In this document: positions 34,101 through 43,188 of the stretch, in pieces | Layout of the letters: every line of letters begins with the position of its first letter | Numbering within the stretch: the first letter of the stretch is position 1 | NCBI GenBank assembly: GCA_000091205.1 | Contig: AP006495.2 | Reading direction: 5' to 3' (one strand) | DNA length: 64,000 bases | DNA from: Cyanidioschyzon merolae | Lineage: Eukaryota | The notes under the pieces: generated by a model | Database searches by the model: none | The model's input: only the letters and a program-made list of their open reading frames with translations | Told to the model about the DNA's origin: nothing | Program-made: the position numbers and the translations under genes

Positions 34101-34317
34101 TACAGGACTTTACCCGCTTCCGCCGCGAATCCGCAGGTCTCTGACCTTCAGCTGACGGAAAAGCAGTGTCTTCCCGCGCATCCGCTGCAGCTCCTGTGCG
34201 CACTTCTTCAGACGGGGTAGACGTCGACTTGTTCCCGTCCGGGATGTGTGTTCCGTTGCCTTGCTGCTCTCGCGCGGTGCGGGAGCGTCTCTTCCGCGGG
34301 GGAACCATGAAAAACAC
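31141..34317 (-). CDS. SWI/SNF complex subunit SWI3/SMARCC-like (SWIRM - ZZ zinc finger - SANT - coiled coil)
   Basis: SWIRM: '[66 protein letters not shown]'. ZZ: '[35 protein letters not shown]'. SANT: '[48 protein letters not shown]'. The C-terminal coiled coil is '[47 protein letters not shown]'. Confidence 0.8.
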   Translation of the reverse strand: [1058 protein letters not shown]

Positions 34318-34318
34318 G

Positions 34319-35143
34319 TCACAGAGTTACTAGCTCCACCGAAAGACTTTCAAAAGTCGATAGCTTGAATATCAGTATACAGTAGTGGCGAGCTGCGCGC
34401 CCCAGATCATACGTCTCCAACTGATGCGCAGATGCCTCCCTGTCTTTTTTGGACCGGCCATCTACTACTGGTTTCAACTTGTTTCCGTAAAATTCCGCCT
34501 GGAGAGGTTCCCCCACAAAGTTGGCTCTTGTCAACTCTGGAGGCCTTCTTTCCATCACCGCACATCTCCTGATATTGATAGCGACATTAAAGTCTCGGTT
34601 CACAAACTCCATACGTTTCTTGCCATCATTGGTTGTACTAACCAATGCGATTAGTCCACGATCTTTCGCCCTCCCTTCCGGTGACTGCTTCGTCAGCGCT
34701 CCGTACTTTGATATATCCACAGGACTCCTCTGGCACTTTTCGATCTGCACGCTCTGGAGTATGCACCCCAGCTCATGGTGTGTATACGATGTTCGGAACT
34801 CATCTACAGGTATCGTAACGAGACGCCTTGTGCACTCCTTGTACGCTCTTGTCGTCGGAGCTGGTGGACATCCTTTTTGGGTCATCCAGCGCCCTGCTCC
34901 GCACGCTACTACGAGCCTCTGACTTTCATCCTCTTTGAAGGCACTCAACTCATTGAAAAAATTCGCGAATGCACGCGGTTTCCCACAATACAAGTTCATA
35001 CGCAAACGAGCCCACCGGGGCTTTGCATACTCATTCCACAGTGCATCCCAATGAGCAACGCGAACTTCCATGAATTCCTGACAAGCTTGAAAGTCTGCTC
35101 CGCGGCTCGTCATCTGGTTCATAGCTTCAAGGTGCTCTTGCAT
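34319..35143 (-). pseudogene. TnpB/Fanzor-like RuvC nuclease, C-terminal portion (RuvC-II/zinc-finger remnant and RuvC-III). The ORF reads through into the flank and ends 1 nt from the SWI3-like ATG.
   Basis: Motifs as above. The expected CxxC...CxxC zinc finger is absent or degenerate. The frame is continuous for 274 aa but is separated by ~236 bp containing stops from the upstream ORF 35379..35993. Confidence 0.45.
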
Positions 35144-36750
35144 TCCTGCATTTCACGTCTCATTTTTCCCTCGCATTCAGTATTCCCGACTCTCGGTGAT
35201 ATCCCGCTCGTGAGAGGTTTAACTGATGCATGTCTTTCTGGCATAAATTGCCTTCAATACCATCCTCCGCACGCTTGGGTACTGCGATGTTATGATATTC
35301 GTATTCATAGGGTCCGCGCCATCGACAATGTCGTTCTCATGCACTTCCTGCGTCGTAGGATACACCTGCTTCTTTTCTTCATGCTTCGTCATGGGCGATA
35401 TCGAAGACGGACCAGTACGATCTGTCTCCAAGCGCCGATTGTGTACATATATGGCTACTCCATCGCGTTCGATCATCCCCGTGAGTACATTTCGCTTGTC
35501 CTTTTTGTGACGTTTGAAATCGAAGATATTCTTCCAAGTACGTCTCCTGCTTTGTACCGGTGAACTCTGTCTTCCTTACATCGAACTCCGGACAGATCTC
35601 CTTCATGATGCCGTACAGGATTCTGGAGTCGATCGTCACAACGCGTGACTTGATGTTGCACAACGGCAGGACGTTGAAGTGCTTCCCCAGAAGCGCAGCC
35701 TTCCGTTTCTCCGACTCTTCATTTTTTCCCGCGCCTACGTCCTTTCCAGTCTTGCGTTCCAGGTCTCGGTCCAAAAACACGAGATAGTGCAGGATTAGGG
35801 TATAGGATCCTTTACCATATTTTTCCATATTTGATATTTTTTCTTGTGAATTCGGCAGCCCCAGTACCGCAAGGTGCTTTCGAATAGCCGCGCGGATCAC
35901 AGAAGCTTCATTCCTTCTCCCGCGTGACATCTTCCCGTCGACGAGTTCGATCTCTTGTGCATTCTTACTCTCGTTCGCGACGCCATTGATCATGGCTCAT
36001 CTCCCTTTCCGAGCGAGACCCGGGTACAGCGCATAGACGGCGCGTACCATGAAGCGTTTGACGTTCACGGTCATCTGATTCCTCAGGTTCGTGAGGTACT
36101 TCATTGCCCCGTAGGCGTAGACCTCCGCGAGTCACCTCTGTATCTAGAACCGCTGCAGCGGTATTTGGGTAATTCTCGTTGAGGGCATGCACTCGCTCAT
36201 TTTCGTCGACGTTTCCCCTCTACCAACGATCAAGTGGCAAATAAAGGTCCTGCTGAAAAAAATCCTCCGGAACCGCGACTGTTTTGATGTCTGTCAGGTC
36301 GCGATACATCCATTTCACCAAATGCATTAGTCCTGAAGGAGCCTTTACATTACTCACGGAGTATGACACGACACGGTTTCTGATGGCCTCTCGCATCTTT
36401 GCCTTGTACGCATTCTTGGTATGTCCAAGAAGACAGACTTTCACACCGACTCTTCATACTGTCGCCTTTCTTGCAGCCTTTGATGTCGGGCTTCCTTCTT
36501 TTGCTCCTTCGTCTCGTCCTGTTCTTCTTTGCTTAGCACTATTTTTCATTCTCTCCGTAAGTCGGCGACACTGTGCCTCCGGGATCCTCCACTTGCTTTT
36601 CCATACCTTTCCTTTTTAATATTTTATGAAAAATAACGCTCGTTAAACGCGTCTGGTAGAAACCGCGAAAAATCACTTTCGTTCACTGACTTGAGGATTA
36701 GAACACAATTGAATTGAAAAACTATACGTTGCCACGACTTTAATGCAAAT
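34380..36750 (-). mobile_element. TnpB/Fanzor-like element, longest copy (C), a ~2.4-kb low-GC island with split ORFs
   Basis: GC drops to roughly 45-48% across this interval, against ~58% for the flanks. ORFs 35379..35993(-) and 34319..35143(-) lie in tandem on the same strand. The 3' ORF contains 'PVDEFRTSYTHHELGC' (compare TnpB 'VDPAYTSQTCS.CG') and 'KKRMEFVNRDFNVAINIRRC' (RuvC-III-like). The tail 'ggccggtccaaaaaagacagggaggcatctgcg' is a diverged version of the tail shared by the other copies. The 5' boundary is approximate. Confidence 0.55.
35379..35993 (-). pseudogene. Upstream ORF of element C (possible N-terminal/RuvC-I part of the TnpB-like protein)
   Basis: Same strand and immediately 5' of the C-terminal ORF. 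'[14 protein letters not shown]' could be a RuvC-I-like 'xxIDxG' segment. The assignment is weak. Confidence 0.3.
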
Positions 36751-37757
36751 ACAACTTGACCGGTAGAGCAACAAGACAACGAATGGTCACGAATGCATTT
36801 CCCTTCAAAGGCGACATGCGCGTCGTGTCTCGAGGCTGCCAGGTTTGGAGATGCGCGTATCGAGCGCGCTATATAGAACAAAGAACAGAGACTCACTTGT
36901 AACTAGCAACGAGATAACGAGTTCTTTCCCTGTGTACGATCAACGTCAAAAATGGGGAAAAGATTTCCATATTGTCCAAAATATTCCTCATAGACGGACG
37001 GTCCCGCGAGCCGGACAAGTCTACCAGGCTGGTGCTTCCTGCTCCCCCAGCGGCAGGCGCTTTCGTGAACTCCGAGCAGCACGTCCGCAACGCCATTCAT
37101 TGTGGAATTACAAGTCGGCAGAATGCTTCTGGGCGTGTCGCCCTGGTCGCAGAGGGCTCCTAATACGCTGCTTCACGCTGCCGCAGGCAGAGGGTCTATC
37201 TGCCCAGGTATCAGCCTCTCAAAATGATATTTAGCCCTGATTCCGTAGCAGATGGAGCACGCCTCGAGCCGACGCCCTCTGTGGTATAAAAAAGCCGTTC
37301 TAGCTCTATGAACTATCTGCTCCAGCTGTTCAGGCGCAAAGGCGGATACGGAAAGGCAGGTACTCGGCGCACGATAGAACATAGGAGACGACCAGCATAT
37401 CCGAGAGGAATTATGGTTAACGAAGCTTGAAGGAAGGGTGCAGCATGATGAAAGCTTTTGAGCTTTCCAATATCCATCCCGCAGTCTGGGATCCGTAGTC
37501 CATACAAACGTGCTGTCATCGAAAAGCAAAAAATCGGACACACAGACTCGACGCGTCGACGGCGCTACGTTTGGCGGCTAGCGGCCTGGTGGCGCCTTTT
37601 CGCTGGGCGCAATTCGCTGCGGCGGACTGACTGAATGGGCGATAGCGCGGCAGCCATTGGAAGGCCGCGCTGTGGTATGTACGGAACCTAAGACGCTGGA
37701 GTCGCATGGGGTTGGACTCTTGACCAAAGAACCCTTCAACTTCTCCTTTGTGTACAT

Positions 37758-39107
37758 ATGGATCATAAAGTTGTCGCGTTAAAGTGGGACTCCCGGAGCC
37801 TGCAGTTGAGTCCGCGACCGATCGGAACGTACCTGCGAGCAGACGGCCGACTCGGGCGCCGACGGCGACAAGGTTCCTCCGGTCAGCCTGGTGCAGATTC
37901 AGTGCTTTCTGATGGTGTCTTGGAGGTAGCAAGTTCCAGGTCCGCATTTCTGTCGAAGCATGATACGTCTGCGCTTACATCGGAGGAGGGCACTCGTCGC
38001 CAGCGGGTTTGGAGCTTTGCCTTGCCCCTGTCGCGCCGGCGTTTCTCTGAGGCGGAAGAAGAGGCCCGCGGCTCATCGCTCAAGTCATCTGTCCAGCCCA
38101 GGGCGACTAGGAAGCAGCCGTCGTGGAAGTATTTGGTATCGGGTGCACTTGCTGGCGTCATTTCGCGAACAGCGGTGTCACCGCTTGAGGTCGTCGCAAC
38201 GATGAACATGTCGACTTCGTTGGCGACGCGTAACTTTATCCACGAAATGATTGATATCTTCCGCCGGGAGGGTCTGCCGGGTCTATTCAAAGGAAATCTT
38301 GCGAACTGTCTGAAGGTCGCACCCACAAAAGGCATTCAATTTGTCGTGTTCGAGACCTTCAAAAGGCTGATGGCTCGTCGGCGCCAGTGGTCCCAGGTAC
38401 GCCGAGCAGCGCGCTTCCCCGAGGGCAACGTACTTGTGGAGGAGCTCGATGATATAGAGCTTACAGCTGGTGAGCGCCTGATCGCTGGAGGCATCGCCGG
38501 TATGGGTGCAGCTGTCCTATGTTATCCACTTGAGGTTTCCAAAACGCTTCTGACCGCCGAACCTGGGCGCTATCGGGGCGTGTTCGGAACGCTGCGATCT
38601 CTCGTTCGGGAAAGAGGCTTCCAAGCATTATACCGCGGGCTCGTACCGACGATGATCGCCATGTTCCCGTACGTCGGCCTCGAATTTATGGTGTACGAGC
38701 AGCTCAAAATAACTCTGGCGAATAAGCGTGCTCTAGCTATGGCCGCCGTTGGAAAAGGCCCAGAAGGAGCGTCGCCAAATGCTCGACTCGGACGACAGCC
38801 GTCGAGCGACCAGCTCCCTGTCGGCGTTCTGCTGCTGATTGGAGCGATCGCCGGCACAGTTGCCCAAACGGCCTGCCATCCGCTAGACGTCATACGCAAG
38901 CGATTACAGTTGCAGGGCATTGGCAACCGACCGGTTCAATATAAGAGTATGATCCATGTAGCCCAAGAAATCATTAGAAATGAAGGTGGAGTGCGGGCAT
39001 TGTACAAAGGCCTATCACCGGCAGCAACGAGTGTGTTCCCCAGCGCTGGCGTAAGCTATCTCGTTTACGAATGGTGCAAGAATGCTCTCGGGGCAAAATC
39101 ATTCTGA
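37758..39107 (+). CDS. Mitochondrial-carrier-family protein (SLC25A42/Brittle-1-like) with a ~110-aa N-terminal extension
   Basis: Carrier repeats carry the motifs 'PLEVVATMNM', 'PLEVSKTLLT' and 'PLDVIRKRLQ', with downstream 'ALYRGL'/'ALYKGL' signatures. The N-terminal 110 aa are basic and Ser/Arg-rich. The start is uncertain. Confidence 0.65.
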   Translation: MDHKVVALKWDSRSLQLSPRPIGTYLRADGRLGRRRRQGSSGQPGADSVLSDGVLEVASSRSAFLSKHDTSALTSEEGTRRQRVWSFALPLSRRRFSEAEEEARGSSLKSSVQPRATRKQPSWKYLVSGALAGVISRTAVSPLEVVATMNMSTSLATRNFIHEMIDIFRREGLPGLFKGNLANCLKVAPTKGIQFVVFETFKRLMARRRQWSQVRRAARFPEGNVLVEELDDIELTAGERLIAGGIAGMGAAVLCYPLEVSKTLLTAEPGRYRGVFGTLRSLVRERGFQALYRGLVPTMIAMFPYVGLEFMVYEQLKITLANKRALAMAAVGKGPEGASPNARLGRQPSSDQLPVGVLLLIGAIAGTVAQTACHPLDVIRKRLQLQGIGNRPVQYKSMIHVAQEIIRNEGGVRALYKGLSPAATSVFPSAGVSYLVYEWCKNALGAKSF

Positions 39108-40759
39108 GCGAAAGTCTAATGCTCACTGCTTGCTCTAGAGCTTTCCAGAGGATGCACGATCAAACTGGAGGCCTCGCCCAGCACCCTACGCTTCTCATTA
39201 GTGTAAAATGGTCGTCAACGGAGCGCATGCTGTATTGTGCCTCGAAATGACTTGGGGAGTTGCTTTATCGTAGCGCGCGGCCATGTGGCTGCCGGGTTTG
39301 CTCGGTCGCGCACTGTGGTTCCGACCTCACAGCTTCGGGACTGGAGCGTTGGGACGACGTCCTACCTGTGCTGACTGCATTCATTTCAGAATGAAATGGA
39401 ACGGTTCCGTTAACTTGGACGTACAGGCCAAAGTTTGGGTTTCTTGCCACTGTAACCGACACTGGCCTTTGCGGGCTTTTTTCTAAGATTGCTTCCTTTT
39501 CCTCTTTCTTGTCCTTGGCTTGAAATGCCGCAGTTTCGCGTGCTGCACTAGCTCCGGTGACAGCAGTCGAGATATGTCACTGGCTGCGTTCAAATCCCGA
39601 TTTCCCGGCTTCCGACTGTTCTCTACGCCTCTCATGCGCAGGCGGAAGTAACGATATAAGCTTCGCTTACCGTTTTCATCTCCTTTGTGTGCAGCCTTGG
39701 TATGCACTTTTCAGCGGTGAAGCGTGACTGTAATCCGGTATCCCATGCGTCCGTCACACCTGTTCCTCCTGCGGGTACTGCCGAGTGGCGCGCGAACGCT
39801 TTGTTCATCGTTCGATACACGCTCCTGACGGGTACAGAAGGCTCGCCAGGAACTCCCTGCTCCGTTTCCACGCCTAGTGCCTTATCCTATGATAAGAGGT
39901 TTCCTTTGGGCGATCCCCCCCGGCGGGTATGCTGCCTGCTGTACACACAACACAGGTTGTCCCATTTATTAGAAGATTTACGGAACGCGATGTTGCCGAT
40001 GAAGAAGCGAGTTCCAGGAGGAAAATCGAGGCTCGAGACCCTGACGTGGAATTTCGGATCCGCCTGCGCTCCATTCACGCAAAGCGCTGACAATCTCTCC
40101 ACAGAGGGCGATCGCCGCGATGAGAAAAGTCTGAGTCCGAGATCCATTCCGAAGGAAAGATAAGAGACAAGAGCCCCTGAATGCATATTCCATGGAAGGT
40201 ATGATGCTTCTATGTAACGCAGATTCGCTCATGACCGTAAAATGAAAAGGATTAGCCATTCGACAGGAATCGCTCCGTTGACGTAAGAGGTTCGGCGAAC
40301 TTTCGGAATGTGCTTCTGAACAAGTCGGCAAAGGACGAAGTGAACTAACTTTCCTCGTCAATTCAACAACGCAAAGTGCTGTGCTTACGAGTTGCCTTGA
40401 AACAGAAAGATCGAAAACTAGAAAAATGCGGTATCCGCGCACGCTACACTTATGAAACACACATTATTGGGGGATTTTACGTCTGCATCGGATAACAAAA
40501 TCGGTTATTTCCCGATATCTGGTTCGAGGGCGTCGCGAATCATCTTGATTCCGATGACACAACGAATTCCATTGACGACGAATCGAAGGAGATACCCCAG
40601 AAAGATGACCGCGAATCCTTAAACAACTTATGCATGCGCAAGGCCCAAATGCTTCACGTCGAATCTCATGGCTGCAGATCTGGGAAAACGCGTAACAGAA
40701 TATCAAAAGGCACGGATAGAGCGAGCAGCCCAATGGTCTATAGTCATCCGACACTAGCG

Positions 40760-41350
40760 AAGACAACGAAAAAGCGCTCGCGAAAGATTCGCAACGGAAC
40801 GAAATCGTTTCACGAACACAGGGTAAATGAATACCCATTCACAGACTCCTTCAAACCTTTTTCGACCGGCCGCCTGTTATCGCTTTAAGCTTCTCCTTGT
40901 TGAATTCGAGCCTGAGAGGCTGTGCGAAAAAATCAGATCAAAGCAGCTCCTCGGGTCAAGTCTTCGTCAACGCATATCTCCTGATTCTTGTTGCAGTGTT
41001 AAGGTCTCGGTTCACGAATTCCATGCGTTTATTGCCTATGGTGGAACTCACCAATGTAGGGAGTCCTCGAACTCGCGTCCTCAAAGCCATTTCGCTGCTC
41101 TGTCAGCTCTCACTTATTTTCTATATCCTAAGCGCTGCGCTACCCTCTCCCCGTCAAGACCTTCTAAGTTGTACACCCTAGATCACCTCTTATTTTCTGA
41201 GAATGCACGCACTGTATTATGCCCTTTGGTGAGGACCCTCCCGGCAGGAGAAGCACTTGCGCAGGAGAGACGACATGGGTCCCAGTATGTCACCGTGCGC
41301 TGAACTCTTGAACGGTTCGCCCATTGGAGCGATCATAACGTTTCACAATT
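40760..41350 (-). mobile_element. TnpB/Fanzor-like element, degenerate 5'-truncated copy D (no intact ORF)
   Basis: Minus-strand translation gives 'GNKRMEFVNRDLNTATRIRRYALTKT*' with a degraded motif. The tail 'cagcctctcaggctcgaattcaacaaggagaagcttaaagcgataacaggcggccggtcgaaaaaggtttgaaggagtctgtgaatgggtattcatttaccctgtgttcgtgaaacgatttcgttccgttgcg' aligns with copy E. The ORFs 40827..41303(+) and 40897..41181(+) are antisense mirror frames. Confidence 0.55.
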
Positions 41351-43188
41351 GAAATCTCTCTTCCGATTTAGTTGACCAACGGAGCGAATAGAGGAATGAG
41401 AAGCAGCTCTACCCGGATAGAAATCCCAAAGGCTCCAACGCAAGTGGAATTCTGAAATGCACGGTGTCCAACAGGAGGACGTATCCAGGTTTCAGGGAAA
41501 AGTTTTCTATGATTCGACGCAATGGTTGGTGCTGTCGTATACGAGCCCCCGCTACGAGCGAAACTGATGCCGACAGGTGGATGCGCTGCAGCTAGAACAC
41601 ATGATGATATCATCGTTCTCCTCCAGTTTGCTTGTACACACAAAGGCTCCCTTCACCTCCGGGAACATCCACATACGCTCCGACCGTCTCGTCCGAAATA
41701 ACTCTCATCGACTGAAAAAAAAACCGACGTCCCTGTGATTCATACTCTTTGTGAAGTTCCAGGAACGCTGCAGTCCCGATTTCGGTGCAAGATGGCCGTG
41801 AATGTCCTACCACTTTTTTGTGTCTGTAGCCCAGTGTTTGAGGACCACACGAACCAGCTGGTGAAAAACAGAGACACCTATTGTGGCTACTATCGTCGCT
41901 TTTGTTTCTCGTAAAGTGATCAATAGGACGTGTTCTATCATTGACTGCGAGCAGTCTCTGAGAATATCGGTTTTTGGCACGGAGCGCATACGCTCCTTTC
42001 TTACAGTGACCCCCAACCATATGAGTTCTGTTGTATAACTTACCTGAAAGCGAAATGCAGTCCTCCTTGCACTTTTCAGTAAGCAATGCATCCTACAGGC
42101 AATTCTGCTACGTTCTATTCGGTACTTTTGCATAGCGATTTCGATCTCCCGAGATACACGGCCAAAAGTATTCGTCTACATGCAGCAGAGGTGCAGCAGA
42201 ATTGAGTTGAACGACTTTAAGAAGAGGCGCAGCGAGTTCCTGTCAATCGTTATCGGGCCATCAGAGATCCGAAACTCTTCATGGAAACAGGTAAACAATG
42301 TACGTCTTGAGAAGAGCCAAGCTTGAATGTTTCCGATAATGGAGAGAACATTCCCTCGAGGACAGCATCAGCAGAGCGCCATGGTTACATTTTTGAAGCA
42401 TTGTTTCTTCAACCTTTTCGCTCCAGTCAAGAAGCCTCCAGTCTAGTATCCGCGCGTCCAAATAAAGATCCGTGGAGCGAACGTCTCTATTGAAAGTTGC
42501 AGCTTATATGAACGTAACTTGGTATCCACGCATCGAGCGTATAAATAGACTAGCAGGGCGATCGAGCTTTCCGGCGGATGGGCCTCAGAGCACCCGGCTC
42601 ATCGAAGCATCGTGGAATAGACGCCTTCCTGCCGCTTCCGGGAGCGTGGACGCAGCACGGACAGCTAGCTGACCCCATTGGCGGCGGCTGCGCCCTCCAA
42701 GACCCCGAGACACGTCCTACATGTCTCGTAGGGGCCTGACATTGCGACCCACATCCTCCGCTCACTGAGTAGAACGCTTCATCGGGCCGCGACGAGCGTC
42801 GACTGAAAACAATCACCCTGTCCGTTTTATCCAGTATCTACTTGCTCCCTTCGGTACCGGCTGTCGCGCAGCCTGCGCCAACGAACTACTCAATACTCGT
42901 CTCGATGGTGAGTGCTAACGTGGGAGTCATTGCCCGCCCTGGCGACAATAGGAACACAAAGACCGCCGGTGTTTAGAAACAGAGGCCAAAGCGCCTGCCA
43001 TAGACGCCAGAGAAAGAGCCCGTAAGGCCGTGCGAACGGGTGCCGAAACGACTTTCACAGGGTGGTACGCGAAGCAGCACGAAGCAGCGACAGCTGCGAG
43101 TGCCTTTTTACGGACTCGAGGAGCGTTCCCCAACAGCGACAACCCTCAGTGATCAGCGACCAAGAGTGTGCGGAGAACTTGAGAAACT

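Noticed and set aside
35143-35379. A clean GT-AG intron joining ORF 35379..35993 and ORF 34319..35143 in frame
   Set aside because: The only good donor-like site ('aagcag|gtgtat') lies after the upstream ORF's stop codon. No in-frame GT donor precedes the stop, so splicing cannot be asserted from sequence alone.
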